The position numbers were made by a program, and so were the translations under genes. 35,043 nucleotides of DNA, taken from positions 1-35,043 of the IMG/VR virus record IMGVR_UViG_3300044724_007274. The stretch is one strand, 5' to 3'. Below the pieces are notes generated by a model. The model was not told where the DNA came from, searched no databases, and saw only the letters and a list, made by a program, of their open reading frames with translations. Source of the DNA: a virus (taxonomy: Duplodnaviria; Caudoviricetes). Positions 18,740 through 27,750 of the stretch are shown here, piece by piece. Position 1 is the stretch's first letter. Every line of letters starts with the position of its first letter.

Positions 18740-20730
18740 AATTTCTCCCGTAGAATGCCTTCATAAAGGCTACTAATGTCTGATACTATTGTAAGCGAAA
18801 TTCCACTTTCTTTTAACCAATAAAACATCTCTTTTGTTGCTGCTCTAGTGGTTTCTATTTCCCAATCAAGAATGTCACCACGATTCACAAGACCTTGTGT
18901 GTTGCCGTAAAAGTGTTTGTAATTGTCTTCATCAACTTTATTATAAGTCAAATCCCATCCCAATACAACTATTTTTTTAACACCAAGATGAACCGCAGTT
19001 TGTATTACAGTTTCATACATTATGCCTGGACCACATGGTCTTTGGGCTTCCAGTGGGTAATCTTCAAACTTTTTTGTAACAGCTAAAAACTCATTGTCTA
19101 TTTCTGTTCTTATTGGAATCTTAAAAAATAAGTCGTCGTGCTGCAAAGCTGACCATCTCATGCCCTTGTCATAATTTGAACTTCCTACGACAATTGGGTT
19201 TGATTCTTTATAATCGTAATGCACACCCGCGTTGGGGCTTGGCAGGTTTGAACAATTAAAGAAGTGAAAGTCTACCACCTCTGGGCAATACTCGTAGGCT
19301 TGCTTAACTGCGAAAACAAGCTTATCAGATAATTTTTCTTTTAACTGTTTCCTGCTATAGTCCTTCAATGAGGGACCACAGTTTAAGATGTAGCAAGTGT
19401 CGCCCTTATAAGAGTCTTTTAAAAGCGAGACTTTTTTCTCCAGACTTTCCATGGAGGAAAGCTTAGATTTCAATCGATTAGTGGTGCTTTTTGGAGAAGA
19501 GATAAGCGGTGTAGCTTTCTCAAAACTAAAAGAGTCTGTAAGGATTCTTTTTATGTTGTCCTTGCCACAATGGTCACTTAGCTTTTTAGAGTTGTTTTTT
19601 GCAATTGCAGCTAACTCTTCTCTATTGTCAAACGCATACCTCATTTTTTCCATCAAGGACAACACGTCAGGCTCATAATAGTTTGAACCACATTCATAGT
19701 TTGGAAGTTTATAGCACGGAGCCAAATGGCAACCAAACATCAATGCGTTTGGCTCTAGGTAATCTACATGACCACCCTTATCTGGAACAATTACCGGCTT
19801 GTTAAACGATGCAGCCTCGGCAATAGTTAGCCCAAATCCTTCGCCTCTTGTTGCTAGAACAAAACAATCACTAACATCGTAGAGATAATTTATTTTTTCC
19901 CTTGACAAAACATCTACAAGGACATAAACAGGGCAGGCGGGTGGTGTGTTTTTTTCATCCGTAAAGACCCCTGCTTTAATTGTTTTTATTTGGTCTGCTA
20001 TTTGCTTAAATGCTGTTGAACCCTCTTTGCTAGTGTTATCAACGTATGTTTTAATCACCAAAGCAACATCTGTCTGGCTCTTAAATTCTGAAAAGTATGC
20101 CCTCAGCAATGGCTCAAAGCCCTTGCGGTGACCCCATTGACTCATTGCAAAAAAAGTAAACTTCCCATCGAGTGAAGGGAGTTTTACAGCCTTCTTGGCT
20201 GTATTTTCAACTGGACTGATGTAGTGCGGCAAGAGTTCAGTTTCGATACCAGTTTTTTTGTAGGATTCGCAATTCCAACGTGATGGAACAAAATTAATCT
20301 TTGTGTTGTGCTTCTCTAGCACCCCTTTCCAATACGAAGGTATTTTGTCTGTTTCCCAAGTGGTAATGCTGTGATTCTCGCTACAATTATCAATAAGAGT
20401 CTTAAAGAGGCGAAATGACTCCTTAAGTTGTGGAGGCAACCTATCCAAGTTTTCCATCCATGTCATTACCGGAGGAGGCAAATGCCAAAGAACAGAATAA
20501 TCACTTTCTTGAATTTTGTCTACTATAGCCTTTGTTTTAATCTCGTGTTTTTCAATTAAATCTAGCACAGAGTCAGGTGCAGAATTTTTTTGTTCAAAAT
20601 TTATTGACAGGGTAAAAAGATTGTATCCGCTTTCCCTCTCTAATTCAGATAGAATCTCCAAATAACCTCGTGCAGCAGAAGCATAACCCGAAGCATCTCG
20701 AAATTGCCCAACAAATACTAAGTTTTTCAT
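18736..20730 (-). CDS. GT4 glycosyltransferase fused to a C-terminal Maf/DUF115/CstII-like domain
   Basis: N-terminal SGYASAAR...RKG...RGEGFGLTIAEA; C-terminal CYILNCGPSL...AVHLGVKKIVVLGWDL...HFY. Confidence 0.8.
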   Translation of the reverse strand: MKNLVFVGQFRDASGYASAARGYLEILSELERESGYNLFTLSINFEQKNSAPDSVLDLIEKHEIKTKAIVDKIQESDYSVLWHLPPPVMTWMENLDRLPPQLKESFRLFKTLIDNCSENHSITTWETDKIPSYWKGVLEKHNTKINFVPSRWNCESYKKTGIETELLPHYISPVENTAKKAVKLPSLDGKFTFFAMSQWGHRKGFEPLLRAYFSEFKSQTDVALVIKTYVDNTSKEGSTAFKQIADQIKTIKAGVFTDEKNTPPACPVYVLVDVLSREKINYLYDVSDCFVLATRGEGFGLTIAEAASFNKPVIVPDKGGHVDYLEPNALMFGCHLAPCYKLPNYECGSNYYEPDVLSLMEKMRYAFDNREELAAIAKNNSKKLSDHCGKDNIKRILTDSFSFEKATPLISSPKSTTNRLKSKLSSMESLEKKVSLLKDSYKGDTCYILNCGPSLKDYSRKQLKEKLSDKLVFAVKQAYEYCPEVVDFHFFNCSNLPSPNAGVHYDYKESNPIVVGSSNYDKGMRWSALQHDDLFFKIPIRTEIDNEFLAVTKKFEDYPLEAQRPCGPGIMYETVIQTAVHLGVKKIVVLGWDLTYNKVDEDNYKHFYGNTQGLVNRGDILDWEIETTRAATKEMFYWLKESGISLTIVSDISSLYEGILREKL

Positions 20731-21962
20731 AGTACCATTACTTGTTCTTCTGGTTCTTCAATTCCCAAACTTTCAACAAACTGACTGTTTAGCTTGCTTT
20801 CTTCAAAGGTTTCTAAAACCCACTTTTGCAAAGATTTGGAAAGCCCCTGATAGACATGATGTTCGTTTTTCATTTTACGAAGCGCCATCTTATACGAGCC
20901 CTCCCTAGCAAACGCCCATTGTGAGTTTGGTTGAATAACCCCTTCCCAATGCGCCTCTCGTTGTACAGGAAGAACATCAAAGTCCACTTTTAAGAATTTT
21001 CCTTTCTTTTTTACCTTGCCCTTCTTGTCCTTTTCTGGCACATACAAGAAGTCACATTGACCTGACCACCCGATGGTAATAATCGGTAGCCCAGCAATGG
21101 CAGCGTCAAAAAGTGGAAGACCGTATCCCTCACCGTGAGCGATGTTGATAAAAGCCTTAATTTTTTCGTGTCTGTAAAGCGCCTGCATCTCCGTTTCGCT
21201 CATGTAACCATGAAGGAGTGTCACAGAGCACTTTCGGTCCTTATACGGCGCGAGAAGAGCTTGTAGACGGTTTTGTGTGTATTGTCGGTCAATAGTGCAA
21301 TTCTTGAAAGAGTTGGTCTTTACAACAAGTCCCACTTCTTGGTCGATGTTCTCCTCAACGAACCATCGAATAGCATTCTCAAAGTTCTTTCTTGGACCCC
21401 ACTGGCTGACTAGAAGATAGTTAAAATCGTGCGGGAGGTCGAGTTCCACCTCTGTGGGGTTTTGTGGGCGAACAGGGTAGTTCACAACCTCTACCGGCTT
21501 CTCTAGTTTGTATGGGAATTTGTTACCGTTGCGGTCCTGTGCTTCCACCACAGTATTGACAAAAACGTCCTTAGAGTGGTTGCTAACAACGATTATCTTG
21601 TCCATAACCTCGTTACACTTCTGTAACCACTGTGGGGCAACCTTCGTTGTCTCAATGCCCGCTGTATAACCAATGTTGACCGGAGCCATCTTTTCAAATT
21701 CGTTTGGAATAGTAACCTGAAGGGAGATGTCAAACTGTATCTGACCAGCGTTGATGTAGTGTGCCGTTTTTTGAATTGTTTTAATTAACCACTCTCTTTC
21801 TTCGTCATCTTCGATAATGTGGTTTGACTTTCCCCATTCCAAATTCATAAGATAAATGTCGAAAAGGTCTGGTCGTGAGCGAAGTGCTCTGAGAGCAAAT
21901 CGTGTTTGTTCTCCGTATCCAGTTTGTGATAGGGCTGGACCCTTTACAATAATCTTCTTCAT
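20727..21962 (-). CDS. GT4 glycosyltransferase
   Basis: TGYGEQTR, WGPRKN and HGEGYGLPLFDA motifs; ATG at 21962 (ATGA coupling). Confidence 0.88.
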   Translation of the reverse strand: MKKIIVKGPALSQTGYGEQTRFALRALRSRPDLFDIYLMNLEWGKSNHIIEDDEEREWLIKTIQKTAHYINAGQIQFDISLQVTIPNEFEKMAPVNIGYTAGIETTKVAPQWLQKCNEVMDKIIVVSNHSKDVFVNTVVEAQDRNGNKFPYKLEKPVEVVNYPVRPQNPTEVELDLPHDFNYLLVSQWGPRKNFENAIRWFVEENIDQEVGLVVKTNSFKNCTIDRQYTQNRLQALLAPYKDRKCSVTLLHGYMSETEMQALYRHEKIKAFINIAHGEGYGLPLFDAAIAGLPIITIGWSGQCDFLYVPEKDKKGKVKKKGKFLKVDFDVLPVQREAHWEGVIQPNSQWAFAREGSYKMALRKMKNEHHVYQGLSKSLQKWVLETFEESKLNSQFVESLGIEEPEEQVMVL

Positions 21963-23221
21963 ACTGATAGTTGCTCCCAAGCCTTGTATCCTTTGCGGGT
22001 ATCCCAAGAACCATTCTCTTCAAGAACTTCGTCCATAAACTCTACCCAGTTTTTCTCAAGCTGTTCAAAGGAGTAGTTCTTCTCAACGTGCTTTCTGCCC
22101 TCTTCACCTATTTGGCGGCGAGCTTTGTGACTCTTTGACCACAGTTCATAAAGAGCGTTAACAAGGTCATCCTCGTTCATTCTATCCTCGCGGATAAATG
22201 GAATTTCTTGCGAGCCAATAATTGCTTTTGAAGCTGGCTCAATCCCAACGCCAAAAAAGTTTTTGCCGTCCGTGACTTGCTCTTGAAGACCACCCGTCAT
22301 GTTAACAACAATAGGCGTTCCACAAGCAAGGGATTCCAATGTTGCGAGACCAAAACCTTCAGCATCTGAAATGTTTACAGTTACATCACAGGCGTTGTAC
22401 AGTCTTGCAAGGGCTGCGGCTGGCATTTTTTGTCTACTAAACTTTACCTGACCGTCTGTTAAACCTAGCTCCTTAATAATCGCATCCAAGTCCTGACCGT
22501 GTGGGTCTTTAGTGTCGGTGTGCATGATAAGCACAGCCTGATCGTCTCCAACACGGTCCAAGAATTTCTTAAACCAAAAAATAAGTGAGCCAGATTGTTT
22601 ACGTCTCGCGTTTCTATTGTTCCAAAAAATTGTAAACTTATCTGCGTCTTCGCCAAAGTTTTCTTGTCTAAACTTCTGCCTTTCTTCTTCTGGGAAGAGT
22701 GAAAAGTCCGGTGGCACAGCGTGAGGAATGTACTTGCGCTTTACCTCTGGTGCTACCGTAGCAACAATGTCATCAGTAACTTTGCTGATGGTTGCAATAG
22801 CATCGTTAGAAAGGTAGAACTTTCTATTGAACTTTGGATAAGGGTAGTTGTCCCAAACATGGTAGTATACCAGAGGACAGTGTGAGCGAATCTCTTCTTC
22901 GATTTCCCACAACCAAGCCCAAAAGCGTGGGTCGGTCATAATCCAAACAGCGTCGGGTTTCTCTACCCAAAGCGCTTCTCTGACTATGTGAACGTCTCCA
23001 TACCCTTTAATTGGGTAAATGATTAAATCATCTCCCCATTCTTGAGTTTTTTGCGGCTGGTAGTTCTCATGTTGAATAGCCCCGCCAAAGCACAGGAACT
23101 TATATCGTCCGGTCTTCAGCAGGGCTTCAACGAAGTATTTGGTTTGTGTGCCGACACCCGAAGGTGACATTGGGTGGTCAGATAAGACCAATATTTTTTT
23201 CTTCTGTATGTCCTCTGGCAT
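21959..23221 (-). CDS. GT4 glycosyltransferase
   Basis: SGVGTQ, NRNARRK and AEGFGLATLESLACGTP motifs. Confidence 0.9.
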   Translation of the reverse strand: MPEDIQKKKILVLSDHPMSPSGVGTQTKYFVEALLKTGRYKFLCFGGAIQHENYQPQKTQEWGDDLIIYPIKGYGDVHIVREALWVEKPDAVWIMTDPRFWAWLWEIEEEIRSHCPLVYYHVWDNYPYPKFNRKFYLSNDAIATISKVTDDIVATVAPEVKRKYIPHAVPPDFSLFPEEERQKFRQENFGEDADKFTIFWNNRNARRKQSGSLIFWFKKFLDRVGDDQAVLIMHTDTKDPHGQDLDAIIKELGLTDGQVKFSRQKMPAAALARLYNACDVTVNISDAEGFGLATLESLACGTPIVVNMTGGLQEQVTDGKNFFGVGIEPASKAIIGSQEIPFIREDRMNEDDLVNALYELWSKSHKARRQIGEEGRKHVEKNYSFEQLEKNWVEFMDEVLEENGSWDTRKGYKAWEQLSV

Positions 23222-23228
23222 GTTTATC

Positions 23229-24011
23229 CTATGTACAATGTGGAGTATTGAAGAACTCGCACTTTTGACAAGATAAACGGTTCTTCATATGGTTTTGTGT
23301 ATTCACATTGTACAAGGCTTTTTTCAACAAGTTAAGTGCATTTGTGGTTTTTCTTGGACCGGAAGTCACACGGAAAATTTCCACCTTTTGTCCAACCTTT
23401 GCTGTGCGTTTCAGCAGGGCAAAGTGCGTCTCAATCTGGTCAAGTGGAATACCCATTTTCTGCGACCAGTAGCGCTTGTACAATGTGAGTTGGTAAGTCA
23501 CCATACGGTCAGAACGCTTCTTTGCATCCCAACCCCAAGAGCAAGACTTATAATCAATAATGTGATACTTGCCGTCCTTGGTTTTGATGATAAGGTCGAT
23601 GTACCCCTTGAACTTATAATCAGCATCAGTGAATTCACCAATGCCTTCCATAAGGGTATCTTCTGCTTTTACAAACTCAAAGTCAGTTCCAAAGTATTTG
23701 TCAAAGCCAGCATCAAGTTCTTCGGTGATGGCAAGACCTTGGTTGTAAAAATCTGTGATTTGTTTCTCGGTAAACTTCTCACCGTTCTTCTCTAAGGTTT
23801 TTAACTGCTTGCGGAACGCCTCTCCAAAGAAAAACTTTTTATCTAGTTCTCGACCAGACTCAAAATACTTTTCACAGACGGAGTGAATAGCAGAGCCAAA
23901 GCCGGTAAAAATGTTGCCTTTGAACTTTCTAACTTTATCCTCGTAGATAAGTTTACGAGCGTAAGGACAGAAATCCCACTTAGCGAGTTCAGAATACGAA
24001 ATGTGAGCCAT
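23229..24011 (-). CDS. Cas4/RecB-like PD-(D/E)XK exonuclease with a probable Fe-S cluster
   Basis: ISYS...CP, GYIDL, IIDYKS, QLTLY and C-terminal CQKCEFFNTPHC (four Cys in total). Confidence 0.85.
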   Translation of the reverse strand: MAHISYSELAKWDFCPYARKLIYEDKVRKFKGNIFTGFGSAIHSVCEKYFESGRELDKKFFFGEAFRKQLKTLEKNGEKFTEKQITDFYNQGLAITEELDAGFDKYFGTDFEFVKAEDTLMEGIGEFTDADYKFKGYIDLIIKTKDGKYHIIDYKSCSWGWDAKKRSDRMVTYQLTLYKRYWSQKMGIPLDQIETHFALLKRTAKVGQKVEIFRVTSGPRKTTNALNLLKKALYNVNTQNHMKNRLSCQKCEFFNTPHCT

Positions 24012-24035
24012 GTATACCTCTTCTGTTGTGCTAAC

Positions 24036-24064
24036 AATATAACACCACAGGAGTGCGTTGTCAA
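24036..24064 (-). promoter_or_regulatory. Sigma70-type promoter for the nuclease and glycan-island genes
   Basis: TTGACA-17 nt-TATATT with an extended TG; AGAAGAGG SD before the ATG at 24011. Confidence 0.8.
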
Positions 24065-24315
24065 GGGTTTTTGTCTAAATCTTTGAATGCTTGTGCGTAG
24101 CCTCTAATAAAATTTTCTTCTGCCACGACTGAAAGGAACTCTGGAAACTCATCTGCGAAGATTTTTACTATGTCTTCAACAGTGACTTCAGGTTCTTGTG
24201 GGTGGAGTGTTTCACCAATGTAATCAACAATGAGTTCTTTTAGCTTTGTCTCTCTCTTGACAAAAACGTGTTTGAGGTCGTTTTCTACAACCTGCTCTTC
24301 TGTTATTGTTTCCAT
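24061..24315 (-). CDS. Hypothetical phage protein (84 aa)
   Basis: Coupled to phoH; ends EFPEFLSVVAEENFIRGY... Confidence 0.75.
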   Translation of the reverse strand: METITEEQVVENDLKHVFVKRETKLKELIVDYIGETLHPQEPEVTVEDIVKIFADEFPEFLSVVAEENFIRGYAQAFKDLDKNP

Positions 24316-25637
24316 TATAATACCTTTGAAGCAAGGGTTGCTACTTTGGAGCGTTCGCCCTTTTGCAGCGAGATGTGTCCTGCTAACTCATAAGGCTTGA
24401 ACTTTTCAAGTGCATAAGTTAGACCGGATGAGCGTGCATCGATGTAAACGTTATCGATTTGCTCAACGTCGCCTGTGAGAACTATTTTTGTTCCCTCGCC
24501 AACTCTGGTTATTATAGTCTTTAACTCATGTATTGTTAAGTTCTGGGCTTCATCGATAATGATGAAGGCATTTGCGATAGAACGACCGCGAATGTAGGTG
24601 AGTGCTTCTATCTCGATAAGACCGCGTTCAGAGTACATTTCCAGTGCTACACGGTCATCTCCCATTAGGAACTTCAAATTATCTTGGATAGGAGCAAGCC
24701 ATGGAGCCATTTTTTCTTCCAAGGTTCCCGGTAGGAAGCCAATATCCCTTCCCATAGGCATAACAGGTCGGGATACAACTAATTTTTTATAAATAGGCTC
24801 GTATTGACCCTCGTCGAGAGTCTGTTCCATACCTGCTGCGATGGCTAGTAGAGTCTTGCCGCACCCTGCTGCGCCTACAAGAGAGACAATCGGGACGTTG
24901 GGGTCCATAAGTAGGTTCAAGGCAAAAGCCTGTTCCTTGTTTCTTGGTTTTACGTCCCAGATTCCGTGTTTGTACTCATCCACTCTTACAAGTGGTTTGT
25001 TGTAACTTATAAAGCGAGATAGAGCGGTCTTCTTATCATTGGAAGAAGAAACAAGCATTACAAACTCATTGGGAAGTAATTTTTTTTCTTCTTTGTCGAT
25101 AAAAAGCTTCTCGCCTTGGTAGAAGTGGTCGATGGTCTGGTCATCGACTAAATGTTTGGTAAAGCCTGTGTAAATGTTCTCTTCGCGCTTTACGACTTGG
25201 TTTTCATCGTATCCCTCACAGTCAATACCCAGCGCATCACAACGTACACGCAGGTTGATGTCGAGAGAAACAATAATAACTTTTCTTGTTGGGTTGTTTT
25301 GCTTTTCGTTTAGAGCGGCTGCAATAATAATGTTGTCAGGGTCTCTCTTATCCATTTCTGGTGGAAGAGCAGATACATCTGAATAAACAGCCCTAATGAT
25401 GCCAAAACCTTTGTCGATTCGGATACCTTTGTGAAGGTTTCCTTTTGCACGAAGTTCGTCAAGAAGACGAATAGTGTGTCGGGCGTTTGCACCTACGCCG
25501 TCCTGTCTTTTTTTGTGTTTATCGATTTCTTCAAGAACTTTGAGTGGCAGTATAATGTCGTTTCTGCCAAACTTTTTGAAGCAGTGCGAGTCGGTTAGAT
25601 AAACATTTGTGTCGAGCACATAAGTTCGCTTTGCCAT
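24315..25637 (-). CDS. phoH: PIN-PhoH protein (N-terminal PIN domain plus PhoH ATPase)
   Basis: VLDTNV...EEID (PIN); GAAGCGKT, GFLPG, YIRGRS, IIDEAQN and GDVEQ (PhoH). Confidence 0.93.
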   Translation of the reverse strand: MAKRTYVLDTNVYLTDSHCFKKFGRNDIILPLKVLEEIDKHKKRQDGVGANARHTIRLLDELRAKGNLHKGIRIDKGFGIIRAVYSDVSALPPEMDKRDPDNIIIAAALNEKQNNPTRKVIIVSLDINLRVRCDALGIDCEGYDENQVVKREENIYTGFTKHLVDDQTIDHFYQGEKLFIDKEEKKLLPNEFVMLVSSSNDKKTALSRFISYNKPLVRVDEYKHGIWDVKPRNKEQAFALNLLMDPNVPIVSLVGAAGCGKTLLAIAAGMEQTLDEGQYEPIYKKLVVSRPVMPMGRDIGFLPGTLEEKMAPWLAPIQDNLKFLMGDDRVALEMYSERGLIEIEALTYIRGRSIANAFIIIDEAQNLTIHELKTIITRVGEGTKIVLTGDVEQIDNVYIDARSSGLTYALEKFKPYELAGHISLQKGERSKVATLASKVL

Positions 25638-25642
25638 TATTA

Positions 25643-25653
25643 TAAATAGTTCC
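25643..25653 (-). promoter_or_regulatory. Candidate phage late-promoter motif GGAACTATTTA
   Basis: Identical 11-mer at 30614-30624; both copies follow a terminator and precede a gene. Confidence 0.55.
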
Positions 25654-25654
25654 C

Positions 25655-25686
25655 AAAAAGAAGAAGGGAGGCTTTCGCCTCCCCCC
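25655..25686 (-). terminator. Rho-independent terminator
   Basis: GGGAGGC-GAAA-GCCTCCC followed by TTCTTCTTTTT, downstream of the lipoprotein gene. Confidence 0.85.
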
Positions 25687-25715
25687 TAAATGCATATTCA
25701 GTTTTTATTTTTTGT

Positions 25716-26009
25716 TTAGCTGTCGCTATCTGTTGCAGCGTCAGGAGCAGCAACTGCGTCGGAAACATTTGGGAAACCGTCTCCCAGAATGTCTGCTACC
25801 GCTGTTGCGTCGGCTGGAGTGGATGCAGCATCATCGACAGTTGCGGTATCCTCAACGGTTGTTGCGTCTTCAACCGGGGTCGCATCTGGTGATGCTGCAT
25901 CTTTCTGCTCAACGACAGAGGTGTCACTTGTGGTGGTATCCTCCTTCTTGGTGTCGCAAGCAGCAAACACAACAGCCATAAAACTCAAAACAATAATAAA
26001 ATCTTTCAT
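25716..26009 (-). CDS. Lipoprotein with an acidic, low-complexity D/A/T-rich tail
   Basis: Signal peptide II MKDFIIVLSFMAVVFAA|C; EDATT/EDTAT/DAT repeats; SD GGGAGAGG. Confidence 0.8.
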   Translation of the reverse strand: MKDFIIVLSFMAVVFAACDTKKEDTTTSDTSVVEQKDAASPDATPVEDATTVEDTATVDDAASTPADATAVADILGDGFPNVSDAVAAPDAATDSDS

Positions 26010-26019
26010 TTTCCTCTCC

Positions 26020-26229
26020 CTAAGTTACGTTTGTATCTTGTGATTCTGGCGATACTTCTCGCCCGGTGGCATAAGACCAGAAACGTGTTTTCTTTTGTTT
26101 CTTTTTATCGTGTGTAACAACGTACCAAACAAGTGGGTTGCCCGATACTGGTTGTCCTTCTAGACCTGTCTTTGGACAGTGTGTGACGTTTTTACTAATG
26201 CGGTTATAGAACTCAACATAGTTAGTCAT
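26020..26229 (-). CDS. Hypothetical protein (69 aa)
   Basis: ORF with GGGTGA SD; preceded by an AACTACTTA motif. Confidence 0.65.
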   Translation of the reverse strand: MTNYVEFYNRISKNVTHCPKTGLEGQPVSGNPLVWYVVTHDKKKQKKTRFWSYATGREVSPESQDTNVT

Positions 26230-26232
26230 TTT

Positions 26233-26397
26233 TCACCCTTTAAGTAGTTGCTTATTTTCGCTAAGGTCTTTCTTTTTTTCTTGAAGCTCTTCCTCGTGCA
26301 GAAGGGTCTTTAGGTCGGGGTATTTCTCTAGAACCTCGACCGTTGTTAGCCCTTCTGTCTCAGAAATGTTCTTAATAACTTCTTGAACCTTTGTCAT
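26233..26397 (-). CDS. Small hypothetical protein (54 aa)
   Basis: Not in the ORF track; MTKVQEVIKNISETEG...ENKQLLKG*; fills the gap with TAATG coupling. Confidence 0.65.
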   Translation of the reverse strand: MTKVQEVIKNISETEGLTTVEVLEKYPDLKTLLHEEELQEKKKDLSENKQLLKG

Positions 26398-26567
26398 TAC
26401 CAGCAGTCCTCATTGTCGTAGTCGTCCTCGTCGTCATCATAGCTGTCGAAGAGGTTAGTGTCATCGTCTCGTCCGACGCCATAGTCGTTGTCATAAAACG
26501 AATCACGGGTTGAGTAATCAAAGCTAACACCAGCGGGAAGCAAAACGCTAAACTCCATGTCATCCAT
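26397..26567 (-). CDS. Small highly acidic protein (56 aa)
   Basis: AAGGAG SD before the ATG at 26567; Asp-rich C-terminus (DSYDDDEDDYDNEDCW). Confidence 0.6.
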   Translation of the reverse strand: MDDMEFSVLLPAGVSFDYSTRDSFYDNDYGVGRDDDTNLFDSYDDDEDDYDNEDCW

Positions 26568-27096
26568 CTTTGAACTCCTTTTCACGGTTGATTTTCTTCA
26601 ACTCTTTTAGGGACCACTTTGAATAGTAGTCTGTTTTACGAAGGGTATTATACCCACTTTGGAAGTCTTTGTCAAGACCTACATTCAACATTGGGTAAGG
26701 CGAACAACGAGTTTTTACACCACCGATACTGTAAGGGTGGTCAGGGTGAAAAACTATTGCCGACAAACCCAACTCCTTTACGAAGCGCTTAAAGTGTCTC
26801 CCAAACGCTTCAGTCTCTTTATACCCTATTTTGGAGAAAGGGTCAAGTATTAAAAGCGACTTTTTTTCACTTTTTTCTAAAAAAGTTATTAAGACTTGTA
26901 AAAGTTTCTCATCTGGCTCGTCAATAATGATGCGTTGAGCGTGCCACATAATACTGTCGTTAAGTCTTTCTTTTCTCGCAAAGGGGCAAGGCGCAAACCC
27001 CGCAAAAGCGGGGTCTGGCTTCTCAACAACTTGTTCAAGATAAACTTTTGTTGCCTCGATGGCTTCGTTTATCTTTCTAGAGTAAAGGTGATTCAC
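26560..27096 (-). CDS. DUF1415-like protein
   Basis: PCPFA, FHPD and RCSPYPML motifs. Confidence 0.6.
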   Translation of the reverse strand: MNHLYSRKINEAIEATKVYLEQVVEKPDPAFAGFAPCPFARKERLNDSIMWHAQRIIIDEPDEKLLQVLITFLEKSEKKSLLILDPFSKIGYKETEAFGRHFKRFVKELGLSAIVFHPDHPYSIGGVKTRCSPYPMLNVGLDKDFQSGYNTLRKTDYYSKWSLKELKKINREKEFKDG

Positions 27097-27248
27097 TTCT
27101 TTGTTTCTTCTACAAGTCGCTTCATGTCCTTTGCTACTGCTGACTTAAACTGTCTAACGTCAGCTTGTGTGGAGCGTAGTTCGTCTACAAGGTCGGTAAT
27201 TCTTGCTTGTAGTTTGTCAATTTGCTTTTGTTGTTCTTTCAGTGTCAT
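27093..27248 (-). CDS. Small coiled-coil protein (51 aa)
   Basis: Not in the ORF track; AGGAG SD; MTLKEQQKQIDKLQARITDLVDELR...; GTGA overlap with the next gene. Confidence 0.7.
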   Translation of the reverse strand: MTLKEQQKQIDKLQARITDLVDELRSTQADVRQFKSAVAKDMKRLVEETKK

Positions 27249-27257
27249 TTTTTTCTC

Positions 27258-27749
27258 CTAGCATTCAATCTCAAGACGACCCAAGTCAGTGTAGACCTCT
27301 GCGGTCCAACCAAAAAGCTGATTATCTCCAGCCTCAAGGACAGTCTTTACGTTTGTGTTTACAGTACAGGTCACAGTAGCCATAGCACGCTTGTGGTCCA
27401 TTTGGTCCATCTCTACCTCAATCCAGCCCTCATTGTAAGCTAGACCGTCTTGCTGAAATACTCCCGCAAGGTGGTCGGCAAACTCACCAGAGCCACGGTA
27501 GTAACCGCCCATTAGTGACTCATCGCGAAGTGAGTCAATAACGTTGCAAGCTCCTCGTGAAGTAAATGGTTGAACTGCCACAGTCTCAGCTAGAGTATGA
27601 TAAGAACCTAGCTCTTTGAGAGCCATGTCTGTACCCTCGCCTGTGTGCGTGAAAACAGAAGTTTTATCCTTATGAGTTAGTGTGACTCGCTTATTAAAGT
27701 CATTACCAACAGCCTCAGTCAACTTATCCTTCCAAGAAACAATTTCCAT
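27258..27749 (-). CDS. Hypothetical protein (163 aa)
   Basis: ATG at 27749 with AGGAG SD. Confidence 0.7.
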   Translation of the reverse strand: MEIVSWKDKLTEAVGNDFNKRVTLTHKDKTSVFTHTGEGTDMALKELGSYHTLAETVAVQPFTSRGACNVIDSLRDESLMGGYYRGSGEFADHLAGVFQQDGLAYNEGWIEVEMDQMDHKRAMATVTCTVNTNVKTVLEAGDNQLFGWTAEVYTDLGRLEIEC

Positions 27750-27750
27750 T

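Noticed and set aside
23229-24011. CRISPR-Cas system suggested by the Cas4-like gene
   Set aside because: No repeat-spacer array or other cas genes are seen; solo Cas4-like nucleases are common in phages.
25641-25648. Exact T4 late promoter TATAAATA on the plus strand
   Set aside because: It points away from phoH with no credible plus-strand gene downstream; better explained as the reverse complement of the AACTATTTA motif.
26997-27014. Perfect hairpin ACCCCGC-AAAA-GCGGGGT
   Set aside because: It lies inside a CDS with only a very short U-run, so it is not supportable as a terminator.
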